Shown: in pieces, positions 37,630 to 50,481 of the stretch
Layout of the letters: each line of letters begins with the position of its first letter
Numbering within the stretch: position 1 is the first letter of the stretch
Origin: Phyllosticta citribraziliensis
Taxonomy: Eukaryota
Reading direction: 5' to 3'
NCBI RefSeq assembly: GCF_038025025.1
Contig: NW_027117343.1
Coordinates: forward strand, 744,001 to 808,000
DNA length: 64,000 bases
The notes under the pieces: generated by a model
Databases searched by the model: none
Seen by the model: the letters and a program-made list of their open reading frames with translations, nothing else
What the model was told of the DNA's origin: nothing
Program-made: the position numbers and the translations under genes

Positions 37630-38866
37630 GTTGGGATGAGTCGAGGGCGCAAGGCTACGGGTGTTGAACGAGTGGGTGGTGTGCGATGGTCAAAAGAATG
37701 AATGGACGGACACACAAGATCAAGACGAAGGAGAAGAAGAGAAGTCGAGGTTGAGAGAGGCTGAGAGGGCCGAGTGAAACGAGGACCCTTTTGTCGCAGA
37801 TGGTCGAACCCCAGTCGGTCTAGGAGACACAAAAGGGCCGTAAGGGTGTTGTGGGGCGAGCCCTGGCCTGAAGTTGGACTGGCCATATTTTTTTTTATCT
37901 CCAGGGAGTCAGGGTCTTTGCAGATGTCTGGTCGTGGCCCTGGTTGCACCGTTGTACCACGTTCCGAAGCATAACACAATGCGAGTCCTTTCAGGCTGCT
38001 GGCGACGTGTCTAGCTCTGCCACATCGATGATTGTAGGAGCACAATGCATGCGTTTGCCACAGATGGAGGATACATAGCTGTAGGTCGGTACATGGCCAG
38101 AGGTCACGACAAAACATCACATGGATGGCGACAGAATCCTTGTCATCCGTTCGCTTCGGTTGTCCCTGCATGCAGGCGATAAGCCCAAAGAGGCAGCGGG
38201 CGGTGAGGCTGATAAGCTGCCGCGGTCCTTCTTCGGGAACCGGCATCCCCGGCCGGATTGCTGTTCTCCGTCAAGGTCAAGGTCAGGTCCCCGTTCGCCC
38301 GTCTGCCCCAGCCGGGCCCCTCTGCTTGCTCTCACATTGTCGTTGCAGTAATGCTCCTTCTCTACTCTCTGCTGCTGGATGACTGCTTATGTGCATCCTT
38401 CCTCTCGCCGCTTGGCTCCATTCCCGTCCTCCTTGCCCTGCTGATGCCGGCCCGCTAGCCCATGTCCATGTTTCAGCCCTTTGGCATTCCCGGCGTCACG
38501 TCACGTCCTCGCCCCTTCTCCAACACCTGCAATCGACACCTGCTCGACTGCTCTCTTTGGCTTCTTCCTCTGCTCTTTTCCGCCTCGTCTCCAGTCTGCT
38601 GTCTCTCCTCTCGTCCAATCCTCCGCTCGCCTTGCGTGTCACGGCATGTCCGTCAATGGGGTCCAAAATGGCTTGTCCGCATCCTGACTGCCAGCCATCG
38701 CATTTTTCTATTCCTGCTAGCAAAATGAACGCTCTCGTGTCACCCTTTCTCGTCTTATAGTCTACGTGCCCGCGCTGCTGACGTGAAGCGCACCAACTAC
38801 ATTTCTTGTCCCGCCCGCCAATCCCAGCTTTTCCTGGGTCGCGGCCTATCACAACACCTCTCACAA

Positions 38867-41252
38867 ATGTCACTGCAACCCGACGACCGCCGCGCAGCCC
38901 GCTCGCGCTCCAAGTCACCCGCACGCCGAACAGCACGCGACAGGTCGACCCGCCGAGACGAAGGTCCAGCTATCCTTTCGCCTGACTTTGCGCCTGCCCA
39001 ATCGCAGCCCTCGACCTCAACCCCGCAATACGACCTCAGGCAGCCGGGGCACTCGTCGTACATAACTCCCGGGCAGGTCCTTGGTGGTGCTGCAAACGCC
39101 CACCAAAACCTCAGACCGAACCCGCCATCCAGGATGGACGACTACACCATGGGTGCCTACGCCGATCTGCCGCCTCACGAGCGCCCCGGCTACGTGTCGC
39201 CCTCATCAGCTGGAGCTCAGCAGCCTGCCCTCCAGTACGCCCAACCTTCGCAGTGGGGTTACTCGCCCACGCCCATCAACAGCACCCAGCAGCCCCCGCA
39301 GCCCGTCCGCAATGTTTCGGCAGGATACCAGCCAGGCACTTACCAGTATGCCCAGCCTGACGCCATCAAGTACACGACGAGGCCGGTCACGGCTCAGGCA
39401 CAGGCACAACCGCCCCCGCCAGTGTACCACAAGGTGACGACGGCCGCGTCCCCGCCTAGCCCAATGATGACAGCCATGCCCCAGCCGCACGAATTCTACC
39501 CTCCTCCGCCTTCACCGGGGCCGCCACAGTCGAGGAAGGCAGAAAAGTACGATCCCGACCTGGCGTATGGCGTAGACAATGCGCGGGTCGTCGAAGTGAA
39601 GCCCGGAAAGAAACATGGCGCTCCGCCTTCGCCGGGTCTGCGTCCGCATGGCCTATCGGTTCACGGATCGCGGCCTGAATTGGCGCCACCATCTCCGGGA
39701 CTGACGCCACGGCTGGATAGGCTTTCCGTGACCGGCAACAGACTGCATCTCGATACCAACATAACGAGCGGATACCCAAGCGGCGCTGGAGGTGCGCTCC
39801 CTCCGGCGAGTCCTCTGCTGGAGGCGTACCACGGGACGTACCAGTCCATCAGCCCCATTCCCAGCCCCATCATGCACCCGCGCGAGGACGACATTGACAA
39901 CTTGCCTCCTCTGGAGCTGCGGTCGAGTGACGAGCGCAAGGTCGTCATCCGCAAGCCCGAGCGGCATCGCAGCAGCTCCAACGTCTCGCGCGGGCTGGGC
40001 AGTCTGTTCGCGCCCAAGGACAAAAACCGCGAGCGGTCACGGTCGCGACACCGCGAGGAGAAGCGCGAAAAGAAGCAGCACAAGCCCAAGCGCGTCAAGA
40101 TTTACGACGCCGAAGAGGACGCGTCGGACATTCTCAATGCGTTGACGGCACGCAAGGAGGTCGAGACGGACGTGCTAATCGACGTGCTGCCGCCGCTGAC
40201 GCACGACCAGCTGCTCGAGCTGCGCACAGAGTACAAGCGCATCTGCAAAATCCAGGGCAAAGGCGTCAACTTGGCCAAGCATATCAAGCTCAAGCTGCCC
40301 AGCGGATCCTACTTTTCCAAAATCTGCTACGTGACGGCGCTGGGGCGGTGGGAGAGCGAAGCCTTTTGGGCCAACTACTGGTACCAGGGCGGTAACTCGA
40401 AGCGCGAGCTCCTCATCGAAGCCCTCATGGGCCGCTCCAACTTTGAGATTCGCGAGATTCGCAGCGCCTTCAAGGACAAGCGCTACGCCGACGACCTCAT
40501 CCGCTGCATGGAGACGGAGCTCAAGAAGGACAAGTTCCGCATGGCCATCTTGACGGCGCTCGAGGCGCGGCGCCAGGAGGAGAGCGACTTCTGGCCCCCC
40601 GAGTACCGCGACCGCGACGTCGAGGTGCTGGCGAAAGGCGTCAGGGCGCGCGATGGCGGCGAGACGGACATTTTGCGAATCGTCACGACGCGCTCGGATG
40701 AGCATTTGCGCGAGTGTCTGCGGCTGTACGAGAGGCGCTATGGCGGCAACTTTGCGCGCGAGGTCCTGCGCAAGAGCGGCAATCTTGTGGTAAGCTTTTC
40801 CCTTCGCAATCTTCAACCCACTCACTCACCGATGAACGTGCTAGGGTGAAATCTGCGCCCACATCCTCAACGGCGTCATCAACCGGCCCGCGCGCGACGC
40901 CATGCTCCTGCGCCACGCCCTCCTCGACCTCATCGACACGGACCCAGCCACGGCCGCGCCCTCCAACCCGCACCACCACGGCAGCCATCACCACTCGTCC
41001 AACCCCTCGGACAAGAAGGACAGCCACAGCGGCCTCCTCGCCAAACAGCAGCGCCAGCACCGCTACGAGCTGCTCATCTCGCGCCTCGTCCGCCTGCACT
41101 GGGACCGCCGCCACCTGCAACGCGTCAAGCTTGAGTACGTCGAGAAGTACGGCGTGCTGCTCGAAGAGGATCTTGAGGAGGCGACCAAGGGCGATTTCAG
41201 AGAGTTTTGTCTGGCGCTTTGTGATGTGGGCGTGGGTGAGAGGGACAGGTGA
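38867..41252 (+). CDS. ANXC4: Fungal annexin C4-like protein with long Pro-rich N-terminus; intron 40790-40844
   Basis: Annexin-repeat-like C-terminus (LIDVLPPLTHDQLLELRTEYK, RELLIEALMGRSNFEIREI, KSGNLV|GEICAHILNGVINRPARDAMLL, TKGDFREFCLALC). Confidence 0.8.
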
Positions 41253-44200
41253 GGAGGGAGTTTGACAGTGATAGGGGAAAAGGGGGATGTGTCGCAGCGG
41301 GCAGCAGGAAAAGTGATTGCTCCTGGAATGGCGGTGTACCCGGGGAGCTTCCGGTCATTGCTGCGGCTTCATTCAGGAAGCGTTCGGTCACTGCTGGGCA
41401 CGAAGCCAGGGAGCTGCCTATCCCAAGGGCGTACGTGGGAGCAGGGTATAAAGGGGATGAAGCGTGATAGCGGGGCAAGGGCAGCGGTGCAGGAGATACC
41501 CCATGATCTTTCTTTGCTTGCTCTTTTTCCTTACTCTTTCTTTCCTTTTTTTCCTTTGCTCTAGGTCAGGTCAGGTCAAGCCTGCTTGAGTCGGTTCCTC
41601 AAAGTGCACTGCGGTGATGCTGGTAGCTAGCTAGGTAGGAAGGTAGGAAGGCATCCAGGTATTCATCCCCTAAAACCACCATTCAAACAGACTCAGACTT
41701 GGCTATTCCCTCCATCTCACTCACCATCCACTCTCCTCAAGTCAATTATAAAGTCATCACCACCATCTTTCCATCACAATGGCCCTCACCATCATCTTCC
41801 CATCATAATGACCTTCAGCAACATCGCCACCGCGCAAGGAGCATTCACAGTTTGCACCACGCCAAACAAACCAAACCAAGTGCGAGAGCCGCGAGATTCA
41901 GCAGCCAGCATTAGACTCTGCGTGTTTTCTTCCGCGATGCGGGAAAGCGCGCCGTTGGATGGCTGTAGAGGGAGAGGGGGTAGGGTATTTGTACTGCTCT
42001 AGCAGTAGCTTGTGCTTCTAGAGGAGGAAGGCAGGGCGAGATTGCCACGCGCGTGTGAGGGATGGAGCTGTCGCGTGCGCGCGCGCGTGATTAGATGGAG
42101 CTGTCAAATGCGCGCGCGAGGGAGGGAGGCAGGAGCGTCGTGCTGTGGTGTGGTGTCGTGTCGTGTGGTATAAAACCCTCTTCTTTTCTCGGGGAGGTTG
42201 CCACATTTCTGAGCAACCATCACCCCACGGACGGTCTTCCGCTCACCAGCGGCGAGAAGAAACTGGGAAATGACCCACTTTTGGGGAGGTGAGAGACGGG
42301 CATGCTACTGTGGTGCAAAAGCCAGTGTTGTTTGTTTTTTAAGATCTTTGGGTGGTATAGAGGTGTGACATTGTGCTGTTGTGATGCCCATCTTTGCTGT
42401 TTTGCAGTGATGGTGGGATGTATGATACAGCACAGATGGTGAATGCATTTCGAGTATCGGGCACTGGGAGAAGGAACTGGAACAAGGAAAGGAACAAAAG
42501 AAACAAGTACCATGGATCTGTTCAGTCCATATAGCCTCAGCGGCTCATCCAACTCGTTGATGAAAAAGATGCGGTTGAAGAGTAAGGGCAGGGCCTTTAT
42601 ACCCTCACTGCTTACGCGACCAGAGCTCCTCACTCCTCAGGCACCGCCCGACTGCGGAGTCCCGCACGTGCGCCCTTTCTGCCCGCGCTTGAGTCTATAA
42701 GCGCCCCTCTTCTCGAATTGAAAAGACGAAAGACAAGTGCCTGAGCAGTCGACGCAAACGCCGCAAGGCCAAACGTCACTGCCTCCGCAACACCATCGTC
42801 ATGGAGAATACCTTTGGGAGGGAACGGGAGCAAAAACTACGGCTTTGTCAAACTTTCTGGCAAACCACGCAAATGTCTATTGCGGTTTGGTGAGTGATTT
42901 TGGGAGGGGAACGAGCTCATCACTGTTCCGGCACGATGCTGCTGAAAATTGTCTCGCCGAATTGCGCGGCTCCAGCATTGGCAGGTTGTGTACGCCGTAC
43001 GATGCAAAATCCGCAACGGAAATATGGGACAAACGAGAGCGAGGAAAGCAAGTCGAAGATCTGACTCAATTCAATGCCAGACAGGATTCCGTGGTACCGC
43101 AGGTACAGAGCGAGCCAAGAGTCGGCCGTTTTTGATGGCATCTTCTGGCGTACTGCTCTGTCCATCTGTGTCCAAGAAACTTTTCAGCGGAGGGAGCGAG
43201 AGCTTTTATACTGCTCACACCCCGGCGGAAGATTTTACAGTCACAAGGCGCCAACTTCCACGCGCACAGGCTTATCCTGAGAGCACATGCCTCGTCTCCT
43301 CGCTCGCATGTGCTGCCGCAACCGGCGTGAGGTATAAAACTGCCATCTTTTGACCGGAAGAAGTGCTGCTCAACGACAGGAACTTCCTGATTGCTCTGTA
43401 TCTAATTTCTGGCCGTTGACACAGAAAATACTTTGGCTCCCTCGCGCTGGTTTGGTACAATAAAATTGACTGGTCTTTGGTTTGTCGTGGCTGCGGCTTC
43501 TGCGTCTACACACGCGGCAACAATAGGTTGGCCAGCAATGGCGGCCTCGGTCATCAAAACCAAACAATGGCGGTGACATTCAACAAACCCTAGAAGCTGC
43601 ACAGTGATAAGCAGAGTAAACCAAGAGCAACGAGCCAGAACGAAGCGGAGGACAAAAAACAGCCAGAAACCGCACAGTAGTCCGTTCGTTGGTGGTTTGT
43701 TCGTGCTCATACCCAAGGCTGCTTTATCAAAGCTCCTCTTTTCTCGCGAAGAGAAGCACGTTTATGCAGTCATCGACGTAAGATAAATGTCTCTCTGCCT
43801 CTAAATAATAAGCGCGCCCATGAATGCTCCTTATGTATTGACTAGACCATGTACCCTAGCGCTCGTACACTGTCTTGAACCTTTCACCTATAAAAGCCCG
43901 CCTTTCGACAAACTGGAAGACCTAACATCTGAGGATGGTGGCGAATGCATTGGCCTGACGCCGGACTCCGACCTCTACTGGGAGCTCGTTTGGGCAAGAC
44001 GGTACTTGCCTTTTCCGTGCCTCCTTGGCTTCTTGCTTTTGGGTTCATCGACACAATGGCAGCGTCGCCGTCGTCATTTTCAGATCACAATGGCTATTGT
44101 TGTTGAAGTGTGATGATGATGCGGCACTACTCTCTTACAGTGTTGACTGACCCCTTGGGAATTGAATTGAAAGACAGGAACACCGAGGCCACAGTGCCGT

Positions 44201-45579
44201 AATTAGTTAGGTGGATTGACGCATCCCCAGTCGGCATTGTGATGGTGGTGGTGTTGTACTCTGTCCCGAGACTCGTGTGCCTGTCGAAAAGCGAATCTGG
44301 CTGCGAGAGACACAGCGCCTTTATACCCCCGACGCCGAACGCGGCCCCAATGCGCCCTGCCCACCTGCCTTTCAGACATGCCTGTTAAGCACATGAGAGC
44401 CCCTGGGTGCGTGGCATGTGCTAGCACTTGACCGAGTCCGTAGCAGCCTAGGCGCAGGTCAACCGACGCAGTGGGTAATATAAAAGCACGCCTCCTCTCC
44501 ACTCCCATCGTCTCCTCTCCAGTCTACGAACTGAGCGTCGTCGTCAGTCAGAGGTCGGACATCGAGTTTTGGGTACTGCCCTGGCTCCGCCACACAGAGT
44601 TGTTTACTGCTCTGGCGGCCGCTGTTGCGCTCGCGCCTCTTTCTTTCCCATTCACGTGGCGAGTGCGTCGACGCGGCGGCGTCGTGGCCTGCCGAGATAC
44701 ATCATGGAGGCGTCACATTGGACGTCGGTATCGTAGGATAGAGTGAGCGCAATATGAGGCCAATGTCGAGAACCGAGCACCGCTCATTTGCAGGGCCGAA
44801 GCACCACCAGCACCATGTCCGACCGGCACAGTACTCAACGCCCAAAGTCCACAGAATAAGCAATAGCATTCGAAAAAGCGATAGCCAGTCCACGCAACTC
44901 AACGCTAGCTAAATGCAATCGGATAGGGATAGATCGTACAATATGCGCACCTGCGAGAGCGGAGGAGGAATCAAGAGAAAGAAAAAGGAGAAGAAGAAAG
45001 GCAGCTTTTCTCAAGTGTCGTTAGAGGTCGTCAGCGTCGTCAAAGTCGTTCGTCGTCATCAAGCCAAGAAGAGGGAAAGATAACAGCGGTAGTCCCAACC
45101 CAGCCAAACCCAATCCAAAGCGCGTCCTGTCCTGTCCCTTCCCGATCCCATCCATTCCAGTCCATGCGATCCGTTTCTCCTGTCCGTCCGCCCGCCCACC
45201 TGGTGCTCCCGAGGAAATAAATGTTGGCTCCATCAAAAGACATTAAGAAAAATAGTCGATACACCAGAGCAGACCACCAATTTTTGCCATCACAAACTTT
45301 TGGCCCCCGTGCGAGTTGACTGATTACTGGACCCGCGACATGGAGGGAACAGAGGTTGGTGTAAAGTGACGCTTTTGGGCAAAACCAGCGCCTCCCGGCA
45401 GAGCGAGAAAGAAGAGAGAAAAGAAGAAACACGTATCGTAAAGTAACTCAAAGGACAGCTCGCTCATATCAAGTATACAAGGTATCAGATGGCCAAGGAA
45501 ATCACGCTGCGGAAAAGAAAAATGGGAATCCGAGAAAGCAACAAGTTTCAAAGATCCAGGTGCAGCAACTCAAGGAGTC

Positions 45580-47508
45580 TTACCAGCTTCTCCACTGGTC
45601 TGGTTGTCTCCACTGATCTTGCTGGACCCATTGCTCGGCCTGTCTAGGCCGGCGGTCGCGCTCAGTGCGCGTGCTGACCTTGGTGCGACGAGTGTCGCTC
45701 TCGCCTCGGGAGCGACTGCTGCTCGTGTTTTCGGTGGTGTGGCTGCTGTCCTTGATGTAGTACTTTTCCTTGTCACGGGCGTCGGCAATGATGACTTCGC
45801 CATTGCTGAACCGAATCGCTTTGCCAGAAACATCGCCCTGAATTTCGACAGTGTCATCATTGTCATGGACCTTGATGATGAGGTTGTTGGTCTTGCGACT
45901 CAGGGCTGTTCCTGCAGAGTCACTGACTCGGCTTTTGCCATCGTCCAGCCCGTTGCGAGAAGATACGTGTGTTTTGGTCCTGGGAGATGCAGTGCTTTGC
46001 GTGCGTCGGTGACTGTCCGTACGAAGCCTGTCGATGGGATTCTCTGAAGAGTTGATCCCGTTCATCCCGCGTACATACTCTTCGACTCTGCGCTCCTTGT
46101 CATCTATTTGACTCTTTCTCCTTTCGTCAGCTCGATCGCGACGTCCGTTACCGGGCTCTGCTTGAGATGGCACAATTGTGTTGTAGACAGTGTTGCGCCT
46201 GGTCAGATCGCGACGCTTGTCTCTGGATTGCGCAGGCTCCAACGCGACATGAGCTCTACCGCCCGAATTCCTAGAGTCGGGACTGGTCGCAGATCTCCCT
46301 CGACCAGTGTTGCCGAGAGTGAGGGCAGCAAACTGACGAGGGAGGCGGGGATCTTCATCTTCATCATAGAAGTCGGTGTCATCATATCGGCCTTCATCTT
46401 CCCATCCTCGGTACATGCTGGGCATCATGTGGGGAGTGGTCCTCACTTGCTTTGGTGCACTTGGCCGTCTCTGGCGAGGAATTGGAGGTGGAGGCATCTC
46501 CTGACGATCCAGGTCATACTGATCAACAGGATCGTAGCCCTCTTCATCATCATCGTATTCCTCTTGACGTGGAGATGGAATGGCAGATTGAGGTTGTCCG
46601 TAGCGGGGGTTGTAACGTGGTTGGGACCTGGCAGCTTGCTGGGTACCCTGATGAAGAACTGGGCCCCTGTTGTTGAAACGTGGGTCACCATGCGGTGTAA
46701 GCGGAGACGGCAGACCCATTGCTCCGTGATAATGAGGAAATTGAGGTCCGACTGGGGATCCCATCCAGTATGAGGGAGAGTTGAGCATTGCCGGCGGTGG
46801 TCCATGGTAGTACCTAGGTGGTTGGTTGACGTTCATGTAGTCGGATGAAGAGGATCCTCCGTGGTAGCTGACTGGTCTGCTCCCGCTTGGATAGAGGCGA
46901 GGCCGAGACCCTCCTGATTCGGCACCCTGGTCGGCAGGCGTCCGGTCACGGGCGGACGAGGGATGATACTGGGATCCACGGCCCGAAGTGCGTGCAAAGT
47001 CCACTTTGGTATCCACGGACAGTCTGTGCCTGCGACGCCTGTCCGATTCGGGATCGGCGTGGGGAGCCACAGGCAAGCTGTCTCGACGAGACTTTCTCGT
47101 CCTGGACTCGGCTCTCGCGGGCTTCTCTTCCCGCTTGGAGTCTTGCCTTATGACGGGCTTTGTGGGCTTCTTGGGATCCTTGGAGGTCCTTTTCTTGTCC
47201 TTGGGCTCCTCGGCAGGGGTGTCTGCAGGGGGCAGGGCACTAGGGGCCTCGGGTTTGGCAGTGGGATCCTGGGCATTGTCCTTGGAGCTTTTTGCGGAAT
47301 CAGCACTGCGCTTGGACGTGGCAGTACGGCTCGAATACCCTGAATCGCTGGTGTGATCGGCCAGCTTGTGCTTGCTCAGGTCGGTGGAGCGTTTGACGGC
47401 GACGTTGCATGTGGATTTGGCGTACCCGTTCTTTTTTTCGTCGGAGGAGTCTTCAATGGCGTCCTCGACGGTCGGGTTGAGGTTGCGACGGCTGGGCGAG
47501 GGCGACAT
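45580..47508 (-). CDS. Low-complexity, probably disordered hypothetical protein (~640 aa)
   Basis: Long ORF from ATG 47508 with NPTVEDAIED and SDSGYSSRT motifs common in fungal disordered proteins; the stop overlaps a possible GTAAGA donor. Confidence 0.7.
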   Translation of the reverse strand: MSPSPSRRNLNPTVEDAIEDSSDEKKNGYAKSTCNVAVKRSTDLSKHKLADHTSDSGYSSRTATSKRSADSAKSSKDNAQDPTAKPEAPSALPPADTPAEEPKDKKRTSKDPKKPTKPVIRQDSKREEKPARAESRTRKSRRDSLPVAPHADPESDRRRRHRLSVDTKVDFARTSGRGSQYHPSSARDRTPADQGAESGGSRPRLYPSGSRPVSYHGGSSSSDYMNVNQPPRYYHGPPPAMLNSPSYWMGSPVGPQFPHYHGAMGLPSPLTPHGDPRFNNRGPVLHQGTQQAARSQPRYNPRYGQPQSAIPSPRQEEYDDDEEGYDPVDQYDLDRQEMPPPPIPRQRRPSAPKQVRTTPHMMPSMYRGWEDEGRYDDTDFYDEDEDPRLPRQFAALTLGNTGRGRSATSPDSRNSGGRAHVALEPAQSRDKRRDLTRRNTVYNTIVPSQAEPGNGRRDRADERRKSQIDDKERRVEEYVRGMNGINSSENPIDRLRTDSHRRTQSTASPRTKTHVSSRNGLDDGKSRVSDSAGTALSRKTNNLIIKVHDNDDTVEIQGDVSGKAIRFSNGEVIIADARDKEKYYIKDSSHTTENTSSSRSRGESDTRRTKVSTRTERDRRPRQAEQWVQQDQWRQPDQWRSW

Positions 47509-50439
47509 GGTGGGGATGCGGAGGTGGAGGCGGAGAGGTGGGTCGGGTGTCGTCAATCACAGGCGCATAGACTAGTTTGCGGTACAAGCTCGAAGATGGA
47601 GGAGGGCCAGCAGCAGTGGGCAAGGATGGATGGAATTAGGAGGCCAAAGAGGAGGGCGCCGGCATGTTGGAGGACGAGGTGAGGTGGACGACGAGGAAGA
47701 GGAGGACGGGGGCGGACCGCATAAAATGACGGGCTGAGGCCGGTATTGGGCTGGTTGGGCAGGAGGGTAGCAGCCCAGTGCTCAAGATGGCGCTGGCGAG
47801 CCTGCCAATGGCGTGGATGGATGCACGAGGCGTGGGATTGTGCTCGCCGCTGCCTGGAGGTGAATGGAAATTGGGCGATGCGGTGATGATGGACTGGACG
47901 GCGAGGAGATGGGATGGGATGGAGAAATAGAACGGGCGCCAGGGAAACACTAAGCCCTGCCCTGCCCTGCCCTGTGCCGTTGCCGTTGCCGGGGCCCCCA
48001 TCCCCCATCCCGACCAACACCACTCCACGAACTCCACGATGCCTTGGACCAACGCTGTACCCCCAACGCCTACCTACACTACACGTCCGTCAGAGTCATC
48101 AGTCCCCTCGGGGTCCTCTCCACCACGCTCCCCCCTCGGCTGCCGCTTTTCACCGCCCGGCCCTGTTTCGAGCTGCCTGCATCTCCTTCGGAAATCGACC
48201 GCCGCCCTCCTCAGCTGATTGCCACACGCTTCACCCCCAAGATCTACGTTCTCGCATCCTACTCTACGTCAACCTCCAACTGTCCATTCTTACTAATCAT
48301 TCGCATTCTCTCTGTCGTCAGTGCCGTTGAGACTCTTGGCTTGAGGCATGCACCCCACCTCGGCCAGCGGCCAATGGCAACCGCCGCCACCAGAGCCGCA
48401 ACTCTTGGTGTCGCCCTCTGTCCATGCCATGCGCAGACCCTGCGTGTAAACAACCACTGCGTGTGCAAAAGAAAAATAAAAGTCTCGGTCAAGGCAAATG
48501 ATTCCTGGTCCCGATCTTGTCTCAACCCCAGGCCATTCCACGCTCCGGAAACGTATACGCATCTACAAGGTCTCTGCATGAGCTCTAGGCTACGTGGATT
48601 GCCGTACGACCATCGGGAGTGTCCACGGTAACCACCTTGCAGGATCCACAACAGACAACTTGAAGAATCTGTATGGTCCGTATTTCTCACGCTGGTCGGC
48701 CTCCTCGGTTTCGAGAGTGTGCCCTTTGGACATATACACACGACCCAAGACGGGCCTGACTGCTTGTTTACCATCATCACGTGATCTTTAAACCACTGCT
48801 ACCTCATGCAGCCAGGAAGAAATTCCACCTTTTTCCCTCTGTCCCGTTAGGCTTTCATTCCATCATATTTCGTTTCATTCTGCTCGCTTCCAAATCTTGC
48901 AGGCGGCTCAATTCCATAGGATATCAACGCCCGTCTGCACCAAGCGAGCAGCGGCACGTCGACATGGCAGTTTGCTCCGACTGGAAGGAGCTTATCACAT
49001 TGCCTGTGCAACGGGAACGAATGGGAGAATGTATTCAGATACTGTCTGCAGCTGCCTGGGCTCATGCGGGACACGATACCCCGCGCAGAGCGGCCGTCCG
49101 TCCGTTCGATGGCCCGACACGAACAAGACCAACCAGGCAAGAGACTGGCGACAGCTGAACGACGGGCGAGCAGGCTTTGCCCCAAGTTCACAAGGGTCTC
49201 GACCATTGATGCCTCTCCAGGATGACTGCCAAGGCGGAACCCGCCCAACAAAGATCTTTGTGGACCATGGACAATCCCGTTCAAACGACGAGTTGCAGAT
49301 GCATGGGCTCGAGTGGATCCATCGACCTGCCTGTGGACGGCCGGATGAATTGGAGCCGGCCAAACTTGATTCAATGGTGGCAATCGCCTGCACGGCATCA
49401 CCAACCAGCTGACTCTAAACAACATTGGCCAGGCAATCAGCCGCGACTGCGACAGACGAGCACCGGCGGGACACACTTTTAGATTCTCCGTCGTCAGTCG
49501 TGCCCAACTCGTAAGAGTCAACACTCATCAAGGACATGCGATTTGACGCGGTCCGCTCCGACTTCCCCTATTTCCTGACCGGTGGGAGGGCGAAAACACT
49601 GACTGCGTGGACCTATATGACAGGCCCATTTCCTTTGCCAACAGGTTCAGCCCAGGCAATCGCACCATCCAGCCCTTCCGGCCACCCCCCCCCACATCAT
49701 GCCTCACACAGCCTCGGGCACTCTCGCCGCATCCACCTCTGGGCACATCCACAACGTATGATCTGCACGAACCGCACCTGCCGACAGGCGACGCATGGGA
49801 CGACGCATCACGCCCGCATAGACGGGCTACACCAATATCTGACTTGCTGGCTGACGATAGCCGAACCCGGATTGATTCGTACGCTTGTCTAGCTGGCTGC
49901 TTGTGCCCGTCTCGAAGTGGTGAATCAAGCAGACACTCCAAATGTAGCCACCGTTTTCCGCCACAAGGGTACAGCACAGGCGTAATTGGAATGCCATCAG
50001 ATCACGATACAGTAACTCGACGCCTCCACAGCTTGTCGCCTCTATCCCATAAAATCATCCTCATCAATGATCAAACCTGTCCCGGTCCCTACTGTCGCCT
50101 CTCAACTAGCCAACCCTCGAGGCCAGAGCCCTAGGTGAGTTCTCCAGACGCCAGATCAACGCATCACATTAGCTTCGCCTCGTCTCGCCTCCTTGGCCGC
50201 CAGCACGCCATACCGGGCCACATACCCAGACATCGAGCAAGTGACAGCTCAGCAAGCACGAGCACCAGCTGCACATCATCACATCCTGTGTCCCGACCAA
50301 CCCACCTTCCCCCTAGCACACTTTAAACGTTCACCTCTCGCTTGAGCAGCCAGCCAGCCGGATGGCCGGCCGCCCACTGCTTCTGTCGCTGCCGCTGCCG
50401 CTGCCGTTGCCTGGCTGACCTCGTGCCGCCATGGTTTTG

Positions 50440-50481
50440 CTTGCTCGCTCGTCGCTTGCTCGCTCGTCGCTTGCTCGCTTG
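50440..50481. repeat. Short tandem repeat, ~3 x 15 nt (cttgctcgctcgtcg)
   Basis: Read directly: gcttgctcgctcgtcgcttgctcgctcgtcgcttgctcgcttg. Confidence 0.8.
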
